This document shows, one piece after another, positions 1-12,596 of a DNA stretch of 64,000 bases; position 1 is the stretch's first letter, and each line of letters starts with the position of its first letter. The position numbers were made by a program, and so were the translations under genes. The stretch covers positions 37,623 to 101,622 of the forward strand of contig NMRA01000348.1 of the NCBI GenBank assembly GCA_002633005.1, given 5' to 3'. Below the pieces are notes generated by a model. The model had not been told where the DNA came from. It made no database searches and worked only from the letters and a program-made list of their open reading frames with translations. Source of the stretch: Phoronis australis. Its lineage: Eukaryota; Animalia; Phoronida.

Positions 1-330
1 CGCCAAGAATGTTCCTTTAACTGTCATTTCCGGGTTATTTGTATACAGTAATATACAGTACAAGCAAAACGTATCCTGATAAAATGACCTGGAATTCCTT
101 GCCATGACAGCTGGGGCAAAAGTAGAATTCGTGGTCAAAGTGGTCTTCCTTTGTGACCGAAAATGAAGGGAAACAGGAAAGTTAGTATGGTGGCTGATTA
201 CTTTTGCCTTGTTCTGTATGACTGTTTGCAAGCATGCTTGTGTAGACCCATTATGCTGTCATCCCGGTCTTTTTGTCTGGCATCTGCTGCTTCATCTCCA
301 AATCCTTAGTGAATGTGAAATTTTACAAAT

Positions 331-1500
331 GAGATGACACAAGAAAATTTTGGGATATATTTAACTACCACTGGGCCCCTAGTGGCAACTTCACTTCTTC
401 ATGTTAGTCTCTTTATCGAGCAAGTTTCTTGACTGATTTTTCATCAAATTTCGCAAATAAGTTTCAGTTAAGGAGACGGCCACATTTTCCTACTTCCTGG
501 CGTACCTATGTAATCTGTACAGAAATGTTGCCATTGAGATAAGCACGACGGACACTGATTGTTGATTGGACGATCTCCTATGGTGCCCTTTAATGGCAGT
601 GCTGTAGGGGTAAAATTAAAGGTAAGTAGGCGCCCAAAGCCCACCGTATCACCTTGAGCACTAAACGTAACTTATGGTGCGTAGGCACTACGTTCAAATG
701 CCAAAAGGTGGTTGGTTGCGCCTACCTGTGCCTACGCGCCACTACAGCACTGCTTAATGGCAATTTAGGTTTTCTTTATGTATGCCTCTATATTTACCAA
801 GTTTCTTGATGCATTTTCGTGCAATATAGTATATTTGTTTCTGTTGAGGAAACGAGAACAAACTGCTATTTTCGGCTGGATTTAAATTATTCTGTGCCAC
901 TAAAGATTATCATTTCTGGCTGCAGCCTCTCTGTCATTGAAATTGCTTGGAGGATAGTTCTTAAATTTTGCTCATGTGTTCCTATGGAGATGATCACGAC
1001 TGACAGGTTTTCTGATGGGTGCAATCAATGAGGCGCCCGGAGTGGCAATTTGTTTGTTTATCTGCACCGCAATATTTACAAAGTTGTGTTGATGAATCTG
1101 GGTGCAATATTATGTATGTGTTACATTATTGAGGAGAGTATGCCCGGCATAAATTTTAGAACGTCAGTGCTGTGGTGTCCTCGAGCGGTTCTGTATCAAC
1201 CAAGTATTTTGATGTATGGAATTTAGCAAGAATGTGACAGCGATTGTCTTGTTTCAGACGAATATAATGTATGCTGCACCACCTAGAGGTTTTTTCATTT
1301 TATATATTACATATTATTAACATCCCTGGAAGCATAATGCCAGAGATGCAATCTTGGACACTTTCCGTTTTTCCTGTTTTTGTGTGATGCTGACAAAAAT
1401 TGCAGTGTGATGTAGACTATGATTTCATTTTTACTTCTTTTGATCAAAGATCTCGATACCCAAAACTTAACGTTCACAACCAGCTTTAACACCCACACTT
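331..1500 (-). repeat. Decayed copy of the ~140-bp-unit satellite-bearing element (same family as 38639-40210)
   Basis: Reverse-complement motifs such as cccctagtggca, gcgcccggagtggca and caccacctagagg, plus 'tcatcaaattt' blocks, recur at roughly 140-bp spacing; boundaries approximate. Confidence 0.55.
597..752. mobile_element. 156-bp hAT-type MITE
   Basis: TIRs cagtgctgtag.../...ctacagcactg; 8-bp TSD tttaatgg (589-596) / cttaatgg (753-760); subterminal gtaggc[ag]c motifs in both orientations. Confidence 0.85.
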
Positions 1501-2922
1501 GTATAATACACGTATGCACCATAATCAATTTACAGGTGGGAAACTAAAGCGTCCTATCCATAGCTCGATGTCAACCAAATGCTGCGTTGTATAAATTTCC
1601 TGTGTAATAGATACTGCACTGATGTGTTTTTCTATGTGTTGCAAGTCAGAGTTTCCATGAGTATTAGATAATAAAACACTTAAGTTCCCCGATACCTTAA
1701 GTAAAATAATTTGACATTTTCGTAGTCTGTCTGTATTTCAAATTCATAGCACCTCTGCAATTGCCTCTTTTGAAACTCTGTATCTGCTAGTGGTTTACAT
1801 CTGATGCCCAGATTAACCAATGACATTGCTAGCCCTATGTAGTATTTTTATGTACATCTCGAATTCATATTATGTTAGGGATGTTCTATTATCACGGTTG
1901 GAATCTTCTGGTCCATTCTCATCTGAACCTACAATGCTTCGTCGAATCTACGTTGCAATCGTCATCACTGAAATGGAAGTCCCGGTAATAATTGTAAATA
2001 CAACTGACTGAAACGTTGCTTCAAGAACTGTTCAGTGGAGGTTGGCGAAAACACTCCTATAGAAATAGCAATAGCCATTATAAGTTTTCCGTGCATTGAA
2101 CAGTTAGCCAAAAATGTAGGATTTCTCAAAGTTAAACGCTTGGGGGCGCCCTAAAATATTGACTTTGCACTGGGTAATGAGTACACCTTGCTCAACAGAA
2201 GGTAAACTGGTACGCCATCTGATGAGCAGCAGAAAAATTACTACCCGGAAGATTTTCACCTTTAGAGGATCAGTGCTACCCGTGGGTCTCCGGTACTTAA
2301 AAGGTATGGTTAGCAATAACCATTCAATCAAGTATGATTTTTGGCTTGTCTCGTGTTAATATACGTTCCTATTTTTCGGAAGTTAACGTTACTAGACGCC
2401 AAGCAGACATTACAGCCGGGACCGACCGTTTTGAGGCCGTAATTTCATCTTTAATTGTAAAGTTCTGAGCACTAGCCGCAAGAATTTTAATGTAATTCCG
2501 ATTTCAAGCTTTGAAAAATCTTAACAATCTTGTTGACATCGTTTTTTGTTACTCATAAATGTTTAGAACTTTGTTGGTTTGTTAATGGGAGTGTGACAGT
2601 AATGGCGAACAGGACGACCGATTTCAGCGAAGTGGGTGGTTTCAATCAAAACATGCAGGACACACTGGTCGCTGTCCACAAATATTCTAAAAGATATGTA
2701 CTCTACAAAGGCTCAGCTTTTACATGTAGTATGTTGCAATTCTGAGGGTTTTTGCGCTGTAAAAGAAATAACGATCGAATAAAGGATATTTCCACCAGTT
2801 ACACAGCTTGACTCAGGTGGGTTGAATAAGTAACAAAAATAGCTAATTTGCGAATACGTTTCAACTATGAGTTTTACATTTTCATGTAGACAGAAGTTGT
2901 GTTTATTCAGTATGTCATTGTT

Positions 2923-3135
2923 GGGCTAACGTATGTCAAGACAACTGAAAAACGTCAACTGTATCAGGAAACAAATCACCTGAAAACGTTTTCACGGACC
3001 CATACATGTAGCATACTGTACCCCTTGGTGAAAAGATAAACCGGACCAGATCGCCGAGGAACCAGATGTGCACTGTTGGAGTCGATATCTACACAAGTAA
3101 GCCGTCCTGGTTTGTCATGAGACCAAAAGTACACC
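2923..3135 (+). repeat. Dispersed ~210-bp repeat, copy 1
   Basis: Aligns by eye to the reverse complement of 11569-11772 (gggctaacgt...gagaccaaaagtacacc). Confidence 0.85.
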
Positions 3136-3397
3136 TATGGTCATTATACGTACAAAAATAGTAAATCTGCCGCGAGACCAAAAATTACTGACTGAGGTAA
3201 AAAGTTTTACTAAGCACACTGCGGTATAAAGATATCACAAAACTAGTTCGCAGATGGACCAGAAGACTCGCAACCAAACCACAGCGCCCGCCAGAACGGC
3301 CCTTATAAGCGCCAAACAATTCTTCGGAAAACGAGTTGATCGTTTTTTAAATAAACACATTATATGTATATCAAAAAACACAGAAAAATCAGAAAAC

Positions 3398-3446
3398 CCA
3401 ACTGGGAATCGAACCACAGGTCTCTATATTGCCGGTCTAGTGGTTC
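3398..3446 (-). mobile_element. tRNA-derived SINE head fragment
   Basis: Minus strand reads ...gagacctgtGGTTCGATTCCcagttggg (B box and T arm); no A box or acceptor stem. Confidence 0.5.
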
Positions 3447-4785
3447 CTGATTTTTCCCGTTTGATTTATTTTACTGCAGCCCAACCTCAGCGTCTATATA
3501 TTTACAGTATATGCACACTGTCTGTTTCATGCGCCAGACAGTTATGTAATGCACCATCCAAATTCAAGTTACAATTTTATGGAGTGTGATTGCATGACCA
3601 GGCATGGCAGATGATGTAAAAACGTTGCACGTTGATTCACCTGAATATAAAGGTTACGGTACCACATTACACGAGTTAGTGTTTTGATGGTAGATAATAG
3701 CATCAAGTTTATCTACTGGCTTTCATCTTTGACGTTCTGTCGTACAATTTTCTCAATAACACGTTATCAAAATATTGTAATGAAAAAAAAAAACAAATAG
3801 TATTGCGCTCAACAATCGCAAGCCTGAGTAAGTTGTCGACCTGCAACTAGCAAATGCGTTTTCATATATTGAGTGGCATCCCGTAAAAAACCCAAGTTGG
3901 CACGAAGTTGTCAAATTTTGATATTTAGAACCCAGCGAGAACAACGTCAGACAGATAAGAATTTGTCTGCAATTTGATTCGAAATTTGCGGTGACGTCAA
4001 AACTTTCAAAATTAATATTTCCCCAATATGATACTTTTAGTTCACAGGTGTTCTCCTTAATTCGGAGATCAGTAAAATTGTGCCACCGTCAGCACCAGAG
4101 CACGTTCAATTTAAAAGGACCTCGAGCTACGGTTCGGGCGTCTGTTGCTTCTTGAAAATGATAAAAATGAAGCGTGGCATGTTTGATGGCAATTACGTCC
4201 CAATTTTTTTTAGATTCTTTTGAATGAAAGGTCCCACCCATCAGTGTTATACTCAGTTTTACCCGGATTTGGAAGTCCCAGCAATTTGAAAGCTCTTTTT
4301 TGTTCAGGTCAAAAATTTTACTGCAAACACAATGTCATGTACTCTTCAGACAAATGGAAGGTGGAAAAATCTGGTTGGTAATAACACGTTTTAGCTGGAA
4401 GAGCGCATGGAATCTTGTCTCCACTGGGGCGAAAATGACAAGACCATGAGCAAGTTCACAAGTCTGCAAGTTATTTATTTTTATATGTTGTCCTGAACCA
4501 TTGTGGTTGCAAGGGTTCTAGTTGAATCACTTTGTTACTTACAGTCGAGGAGAGCAGACAGTCCAACAGTGGTGTTCGCTATAATAGGGGTAACGAAAAT
4601 AAAGTATGTAAGAAACGCCAAAGACGTTTATTTTGTAGTACATTGTTACACTCCAATCTCAGTTGTTTGTTTTCTTTTGACCTCAGTATTCGCATTGTTT
4701 ATAAAACAATGCCCCAATTTTAGTCTTAGTTGGTTGCTATTTCAACACCGTAGTGTATTTGGAATTTGGTGATTGGTTAAATTTC

Positions 4786-7378
4786 TTTTTTTTCATAATT
4801 TTATTCTTCAATAATATACATTGATAATTTTTAAAGGGTGAAAGGGTGAACAAGGAAAAGGGGCAAGGACTTTCACTCACACACTCGCACACTCATTCAC
4901 ACACTTTATCATTTAATGATAATACCACTAAACAATATATGAGTTAAGTATATTACAGATATTACAGATTCATTGCATGGCAGCACTGAGGCTCTCCCAC
5001 ATTTTAATATTAATATTGTCCGGTTCTTTTTGTTTTTGAAAATTAAATATTGAAATTTTAATATGTTTTGACATGAATATTTTAAGGGCAGACCAATCTG
5101 GATGCAAGTGCTGTTGGCTACGTAAATAAATAAAATATTGGGCGATAGTGACAACATAATTGATCAACAAGGAGAATTCAGAACCTAAATGGCAAAACAT
5201 GCTTTCATTTTTGGTTATTCTGATTTCTTCCTTAAGGGAAGATGTCAAAATATCCTGAACATTACTCAACAGTCTTTGTACTACATCACAAAGGAAAAAC
5301 ATGTGTTCAGTACTCTGTACTAGATTGCAATAGGGACATTTATCTGAATTAACAATCTTCATCTTATATAACAAAGAGTTAGTATACACTCTGTTATGTA
5401 ACAACATATACTTAAAAGATTTAATGCATGGTTCGAGGGGAAGTGTAAAAGGCAAGGAATAAATTTTTCGGATATCTTGTTTGGAGTAATGCTGCAACAA
5501 TTTTTCATAATTGTCTGGTTTTTGCAATACTTTTGTATCAATATATTTTTTTTCTTTTGGAATTTTATTATAATCTAAGTAAATTTTATTGTTGCAGCCA
5601 ACCAATCGCTGATGACCTTGATCAATTTTTCTAGATAAAACAATACACATTGAATTAAAACTCAGAATTTGAGAATTTACCAATTTATATTTTGCCTTGA
5701 GCACCTCCCACGATAAAAGCTTATTTTCAGCATCAAGAAAGTCATTGATGAAACATAGCCAATTCTTAGCAAACTCTTTATAATATAGTGACTTATTATT
5801 AAGTGTTATCTCTCTGTTATGCCATATAATCTGATCACAAACAGGTACATCTTTGAAAGCAATATGATTCAACTGTTCACTCACTGACAAAACCTCTCTA
5901 TAAAAAACATCATTTACTGTTCTACATAGTTTGCTTACTTTAAAATTACATGACCACAACAGTTCACCACCATAATTCTTGAGGATATATTGTGGATAAA
6001 ACTTCCAACTTCCACGTTCAGGAGACTGAAGTCTTTTAACCCAGTTGAGTAAAAGGCCTTCCTTTATAAGGGTCATGTTAGGAAATTTTAAACCACCATC
6101 TTCATGAGAAGCCATTGCAACGCTTTTCTTTATTTTAGGTGGTTTCCCTGCCCAAATAAAATCATTTAAAATTTTATCTATTCGTTTGCACAAATCCCTT
6201 GTCAATCCAAGGACAGATATAATGCGAATCAATTTGGGTAGCGCAAAAGCTTTAGTTATGACAATTCTTCCCTTAATTGTTAATTTTCTTGTTTTCCAAA
6301 TATTTAGAACTTTCCTAAGTTTTGAAATTTTTTCTTCAAAATTTTGCTCATTTTTTTCTTTTTCATATTTACCGAAGTAAACGCCCAGACATTTANGAAA
6401 GGACCAATTTAAACTGTCATACGCTTTCTTAAAATCTAAGAATATAATTTGTCCATTGAGATTTTTATTTGTATAATACGATATTATGTCCTGTATTAAT
6501 CTAATATTTTGACCAATAAATCGTTTTGAAACAGCCGTTTGGTCTGGATGAATAAGCTTATGAATGTACTTATTTAGTCGATTGGCAATAACCTTTGTAA
6601 ATAATTTGTAATCGCAATTTAATAACGAAATTGGTCGCCAATTTTCCAGATTTTTTAATTCCTCTGTATTTGTACTTTTGGGGATAAGTGTAATGACACT
6701 TTGCCTCTGGGAGGTTGAAAATTTTCCTGTTTTAAAACTATAATTTATACATTCCAAAAGGAACAGTTTAATAGCATCCCAAAATGTTTTATAAAATTCA
6801 TATCCTAAACCGTCATTGCCTGGTGTTTTATTATTTTGGGATTGTTTTAAGGCTTCATAGAGTTCATCTTCTGTGATCTCTTGTTCTAATAATAAGGACT
6901 GGTCATCTGTCAGTACTTTATTACTAGGAAGAGTGAATATGTCAGGGAAATTAATATTTTCATAGTCTTTTTCAGAATAAAGAGCCTCATAAAAAGCTCG
7001 TTGAATGTTTTGTATCTCTTTTGGATCTTGGATAACCCTGCCATTTGACTCCAGTTCTATAATATGTTTTTTACCATGGTTACGTTTTTCAAGATTTAAA
7101 AAATATTTAGAGTTTGTTTCACCTTCTTCCACCCACTGAGCTTTACTTCTAACAATACTACCTTTTATTACTTGAGTTTGTAAAATTTCTAGGTTTAATT
7201 TACATTTCTTTAATTCACACTGCAACGGGTGATTTCTCGATTCTTTTTCGACTTGTGTAGTTAATTTATTCATTTGATCTATTAATAACTGTTCCTGTTG
7301 TCTATTTCTAGCACGTACGCGTTTTGAAATTTGTAAAGACTTCTGTCTAATTTTCATTTTTAAAATATCCCAAGACAA
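4786..7378 (-). mobile_element. Tx1/L1-clade LINE, 5'-truncated, with 3' UTR, AATAAA and short poly(A)
   Basis: Contains the ORF2 below; 3' UTR has a (TG/TGAG)n microsatellite at about 4874-4904; minus strand reads aataaaattatgaaaaaaaa at about 4805-4786. Confidence 0.9.
4970..7378 (-). CDS. LINE ORF2 fragment: RT N-terminal part and C-terminal CCHC zinc knuckle; central RT motifs absent at an N
   Basis: EEGETNSKYFLNLEK, KTPGNDG, NWRPISLLNCDYK, FLDFKKAYDSLNW, GGLKFP, CPYC...EHMFFLC; no stops in 802 codons; no endonuclease domain. Confidence 0.9.
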   Translation of the reverse strand: MSWDILKMKIRQKSLQISKRVRARNRQQEQLLIDQMNKLTTQVEKESRNHPLQCELKKCKLNLEILQTQVIKGSIVRSKAQWVEEGETNSKYFLNLEKRNHGKKHIIELESNGRVIQDPKEIQNIQRAFYEALYSEKDYENINFPDIFTLPSNKVLTDDQSLLLEQEITEDELYEALKQSQNNKTPGNDGLGYEFYKTFWDAIKLFLLECINYSFKTGKFSTSQRQSVITLIPKSTNTEELKNLENWRPISLLNCDYKLFTKVIANRLNKYIHKLIHPDQTAVSKRFIGQNIRLIQDIISYYTNKNLNGQIIFLDFKKAYDSLNWSFXKCLGVYFGKYEKEKNEQNFEEKISKLRKVLNIWKTRKLTIKGRIVITKAFALPKLIRIISVLGLTRDLCKRIDKILNDFIWAGKPPKIKKSVAMASHEDGGLKFPNMTLIKEGLLLNWVKRLQSPERGSWKFYPQYILKNYGGELLWSCNFKVSKLCRTVNDVFYREVLSVSEQLNHIAFKDVPVCDQIIWHNREITLNNKSLYYKEFAKNWLCFINDFLDAENKLLSWEVLKAKYKLVNSQILSFNSMCIVLSRKIDQGHQRLVGCNNKIYLDYNKIPKEKKYIDTKVLQKPDNYEKLLQHYSKQDIRKIYSLPFTLPLEPCIKSFKYMLLHNRVYTNSLLYKMKIVNSDKCPYCNLVQSTEHMFFLCDVVQRLLSNVQDILTSSLKEEIRITKNESMFCHLGSEFSLLINYVVTIAQYFIYLRSQQHLHPDWSALKIFMSKHIKISIFNFQKQKEPDNINIKMWESLSAAMQ

Positions 7379-7734
7379 AAATTGAATAGGAATTGAATGG
7401 TTTCCTGTATCTCGTTAATCCCCCTGTAGGCTTAATTATCTTTAAAACAATTTGCCAGGCACTTGTTTGGGATTTGCTGAAACCGTCCAGTTTTGGACAA
7501 AATGCCCTTAACATCAGTTTTGAGTTTTACCGATTTAAGATTACGCCATTATTTGTGTACTTTATTCGTACGTAGTTTTTGGTTAATCCCTTTCCGGTTG
7601 CTGGTCGACGAAATACGGACGTTCATGTGAGCCTAGTCGTCTTTTATTGGTACAGGCGTTATTTCAAACCAAGTCTGAGGAACTTTTTTGTTATGCAGAT
7701 AACTTACTTGTAAACATGGTGGTATATGCTACCC

Positions 7735-10440
7735 AGCTTCGTCGTCAGCTAGTTCATCTTCATCGTGGGTTTCGACCTTGACCTAGAACCCTCTCCGATG
7801 GTAGGTCTCTGAAGGCTGATCAGACCTCCAGCCGACGCTGGGGTTGCCATTTGCTTTCACGTTGTAACCACAGCAACACGCTTGCTTCCTCCGCTGCTCT
7901 CACAGTAGACTTGAACATATCAGCTCTCCCTCTTGATGAAATGCCCAGTAGCTTCGTCATTCGCCCCATGCTACCTGCAATAAACCCTCGACATCCAACT
8001 TGTATGGGAAGACTGATGCATTTCCAGCTATTTGCCGCACATTCCTACGTTGGCTCTACGTACTTGAGTAGTTTCCTCTCGTAAGCCTCCTGCACCCTAG
8101 TCTCCCGCCTCACAGTTAACTCGTTCAAAATCACTATCTTCTTGCTGTCTGCCCACAACACTATGTCTGGTCTAGACTGGGTTACTGCAATATGGCTCAG
8201 AAATGAACCCCTAGTTACCACATCCGTCACCATCTCCCAGTCGGCAGCCATGCCTAGAATGCCTGGATCACACTTCTTAGTGAATACCTCTCCTTTGTTG
8301 AACTGAAAATGTGCCTTGCCAGAGTTATTCGCTTTCCTACTCTCCAGATCTAAAACATGTGCAATACACTTGAGAATCTTGTCATGCCGCCAAGTGTACT
8401 TCCCTGAAGTGAGAGCTTCTCTACAGCTGGATAGAACGTGTTCTAACGTACACCTCTTACCACAGCCCCTGCAGCTGTCATCCTCAGTTTTGCCCCACGT
8501 TCGAAGCTTGACAGGTGTTGGGAGAGTGTCATATATGGAACCAAGTAAAAAACGAATCTGAACTGGTATGAAGACAAAAGATCTTTACCAGTTATCCATC
8601 TGCTGAACACTCCTTCCCATGATGTCCATGCATCCTGTTTCCTCAGTCCGACTGCTTCAGCATACCTTCTCTCATTCTCCTGGGATCTAACTTCGTCCAG
8701 AACCATTTTGCGCCTCTCTTTGCCTGTTGACGACTTCCACCTCTTCCCCTGAACCACTCCCAATCCCTGTCTTCCATGGCAGACGGTTCCCACGATGTCT
8801 TTATGCAGTAACCTGCTATCTACCTCCTCCACTGCTACAGCAGCCTACCACTTTCTTCCAGAGTCTACCGATAATTCACTATCTCAGATCATCTCATCTC
8901 CCGATTTCCGCAGAGTCAGTAATTTTCTGCATTTTATCACCTTGAACTCCTCCACGGTCGATGTTACTGGCAGAGAAACTGCACCTCATTTGATGTGTAA
9001 GCCGCGTCTTGCAAAGCTTGGTGGGACACCCAACCACTTTTTTAACCATCTGCTCACCATCCTTTCCATTTTCTCAGCAGTTGAAAATGAGAAATCGTAC
9101 ATTGTTAGTGGCCACATAACTTTATGGAAAAGTCCAAACTGGTAACACCTGACTTTAAATCTGCCCGGGAGACCGCTCTTCTCAGTCTTGATCAAATTGT
9201 CATTTAGCTCTTTGATGGCTGCCTTTATATGCTCCACATCTTTCAAAGCCCCGCTGTAGGCCTTCCCTAAGTATTTGAATGGTTTTCTGCTCACAGATGG
9301 AATGACCTCTGATCCTATCTTGAACGTATCGTATGGGTTGATTTTTCCCTTCACAATCACAAGGCTACGAGACTTCTCCACCTTGAAACTTGTGTGCCCA
9401 ATTAGCCAGCTCGCCCAGTGTCTTGGCCACCCACGCGGCACCTACCGCAAACCCTGTTGTAATCGTCAAATCATCCACAAATGCTCTACAAGGTGACACC
9501 CTTTTACCCTGCAACTAAGGTCCTCTGCACTCTTTACTAGCCCGCTTGATGATAACATTCATAGCCATGATGAAAAGGATGATCGATATGGTGTACCCTG
9601 TCATTATCCCTTTCTTGTAGTGAAGTTGTTGAATGTGAACCTCATATCAGTCCCATGGAAGTAACTTGTAATGAGATCTCGAAGTTCTCTAGTGATATGG
9701 TAGGTCTATATTGCCAATTCAATTAGTGCATAGGCATTTGCCATGTCCAACCATACCACTGCTAAATCTGTCTTGTTTCGCTTAGCATCTTTAATGAGCT
9801 CTGTTATGGCGCTAGCATGCTCCAGATACCCTGCATATCCAGGAACTCCACCCTTCTGTACCGATGCATCCACAAACTTGTTTCTCAGGAGATAACTCGC
9901 CATCCTGCTTGAAATGACTGCAAAAAGATCTTTCCCTCTACATCTAAAAGCGAAATGGGACGAAAATCCCCGATCCTGATGGCTTCCTTCATCTTCGGGA
10001 TATACACCCCCTCTCCCTTACCCCAAGTATCAGGCAAAGTCTTCTGTCTCTATATAACTCTCAGAAGCTTCCACAGACGTTTCAACAGCCTTGGACATTT
10101 CTTATACACTTTATAAGGCAGACCCGACGGCCCTGCGGCTGACCCAGATCTTGACTTTCTATGACATTTTTCACCGCTGAGAACTTGATGTCCCCCATTT
10201 CCAAGGCTACACATGGTGTATCCTCAACATCCAGCCAACCAATGTCCGCCAATTCAACATTCCTGGCCCCGTCACAGTGCACGTCCTTCAGATGGTTTTC
10301 TAGATCCTCCTGTGTACACTTCAGACGCCCACTGGCTTCCTTCACTAGAATGTCCTTTACAAACTTGAAAAGGTTAGTACGTATACGCTCGGCTCTCTTC
10401 TTCCTCAGATGTTCAGGTTTGCTTAATCTCAAAAGCCTAC
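7735..10440 (-). mobile_element. Degenerate RLE-type non-LTR retrotransposon (HERO-like clade)
   Basis: Frameshifted pieces: VQKGGVPG...LEH, VVWLDMANAY, AFVDDLTIT, KPFKYLGK, GRQGLG, CRGCGKRCTLEHVLSSC, YTWRHD, RPDIVLW...ELTV...AYERKLLKY (restriction-like endonuclease). Confidence 0.85.
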
Positions 10441-11568
10441 TAGTAGACCTTAATTGAAAACTGATGAGAATTTAACAAAATCTACTTGAAATGAATATCT
10501 TTAAAAATGATTTCCACGACCTCGATTGGTCAACGAGTAACTCGTTGTTAAGACAAACAACATTCTCACGTAAATGGAAAATACATTTACGCATTTTGCG
10601 CTGAAGATCAACGAGATTTCCACACACTTTTCAATAACCTTTTAATGGTATCTTGAACGACACTCAACACTTTACAACCTTTGCACATTAAAAGTGACTT
10701 TGTAAATGCTTTTGAAATAACCCTCTAAACCTATCGTTTTCATTTTTGGGAATAAAGATTTTCGCGCTATAATTGAAACGGTTGTATTACACATCTTAAT
10801 TAGAAAGCAAAGACCTTTTGTCTTCGTTCTCGTTTTACCAACTTTATCCCTCTGTGTTTTGTAAAAAAATGCGATTCTTCCAGCTTTAACGGTCAATGAA
10901 AAGGTCAAACAAATACAGGAGATGCAGTTCTTCTTTTCGGCTTGGTGACTGATTAACAAAAATATAAAAAGGTGGACTGGTATCAGTAAAACCTTGGAAC
11001 AGGAATGACGAAAACACGAACTGAGATAAACATGATCAGACTGCAGCGTTGTGCGCGTATTTGTCTCATTGTATTTATCCTTTTCTACTGTAAATAGAAA
11101 GATCTGCTAATGAAACAACCTTGTTTTGCCATGGGCGGCCCAACAATGGGGGCTGAGGGGCTATACCCCCACTTTTTTAGTGCTGCGTGGCCCATGCTTG
11201 CATGTTTGCGATCTAGGTGGCAGTTAACAATCAGACTTTTTGACATTTTCTTGTCAAAATGGCAGATTAATACCGGCTAGCTGGTGAGCTATTCATTGAC
11301 CCAATTGGTAAAGATTTGTTGTGACATTCAAGAAACGGCCTTCTATATATTGTGGCTCATTGCTTAACCTCTTTATATTGCATACATTAACATCCTATTT
11401 CAGATCAATATCCCGACCACAGATTTTAAAACAACACTGTGAAAAAAATGTGTTGTTTTGTCACCTTAATCTAACATAAACTCACAGATTATTACTAAAA
11501 GCAGATGATTACTAAAAGTTTGAAATACAAAAAAACAAAAAATACAGTATGGATCTTTTGACCTTCTT

Positions 11569-11772
11569 GGTGTACTTTTGGTCTCGTGACAGACCAGGAC
11601 AACTCCTTTGTGTAGATATTCACTCGAGCAGTGCACATCTCGTCCCTCGGCGATCTGGTCCACTATATCTTTTCACCACGGTGTACAGCATCTTGGTTCC
11701 TGAAAACGTCTTCAGGTGATTTGTTTCCAGATACAGTTGACGTTTTTCCATTGTCGCGACACACGTTAGCCC
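11569..11772 (-). repeat. Dispersed ~210-bp repeat, copy 2 (inverted)
   Basis: Reverse complement matches 2923-3135. Confidence 0.85.
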
Positions 11773-12596
11773 GAAAAAAGTAGAAAACGAGACAAAAGCC
11801 GGCTAAAAGGGCAGGAACTGGTAAAATTCGGCGAATGCACTATTAATAGATCGGAACGTATCCTGTGATTTTTTTAGGAAAAAGTCCAATTCTTAAAAGT
11901 TCGAGCTCCCGCATTTTTCAGGTTCGGTGAGCGCATGTAACCGTCACGGCATCCTCATTTGTAGTATTACGAATTCCGTCTCATCCCACAAACATAGAGC
12001 TGAGAGTCATTTTTGTGTATACGATTTCCCTTCCCCCTAATTTAGCTGCGTCCATTGCCTCACCAAAAACTCTACAGTGTCGACGTTTGCAAAATATCAA
12101 AGATATCCTGGGATATCGCGGGAGAGCCTATACTTAGCCATAGTTCCGTTACGAATGCGCCGTTTTCCGAATTTGCCACTTGAAATTGGATTTGAGCCCC
12201 CCCCCCAACACTAAAACTGCACACATTTAAATCTTTTTTCATCCGTATAATTTTAATTACCGGGGTTAATTAATAAATTCAACATTTCCCTACGCTCTTA
12301 CTGTTTTATTTTTTGTGGCAGCCAAGGGCCCGCCCCCCTAAATCCGCCTATGAGTTATATACACGTAAAAATAGATCGTAAAACAAAAGAGGATGAAATT
12401 TACGTTCAAGTGGTCGAAGCTTTGGCGGCTTGCAGTAACGTAAGCTTACCCACCGTAAAGTTAACATCAGAAACAAAGTTTGACTGGAATATTTTTGCTT
12501 CGTCACTGTTGTTGATATCATAACAATACAATATTATCGTTATTTCAACTACGATTTCCAAAAGTCTACATCAAAACGTTTTTAAGCATGACCTAC

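Noticed and set aside
7735-7800. Permuted hammerhead in the HERO 3' UTR (GAAAC...CTGACGA on the minus strand)
   Set aside because: Stem II and the cleavage-site stems cannot be paired convincingly.
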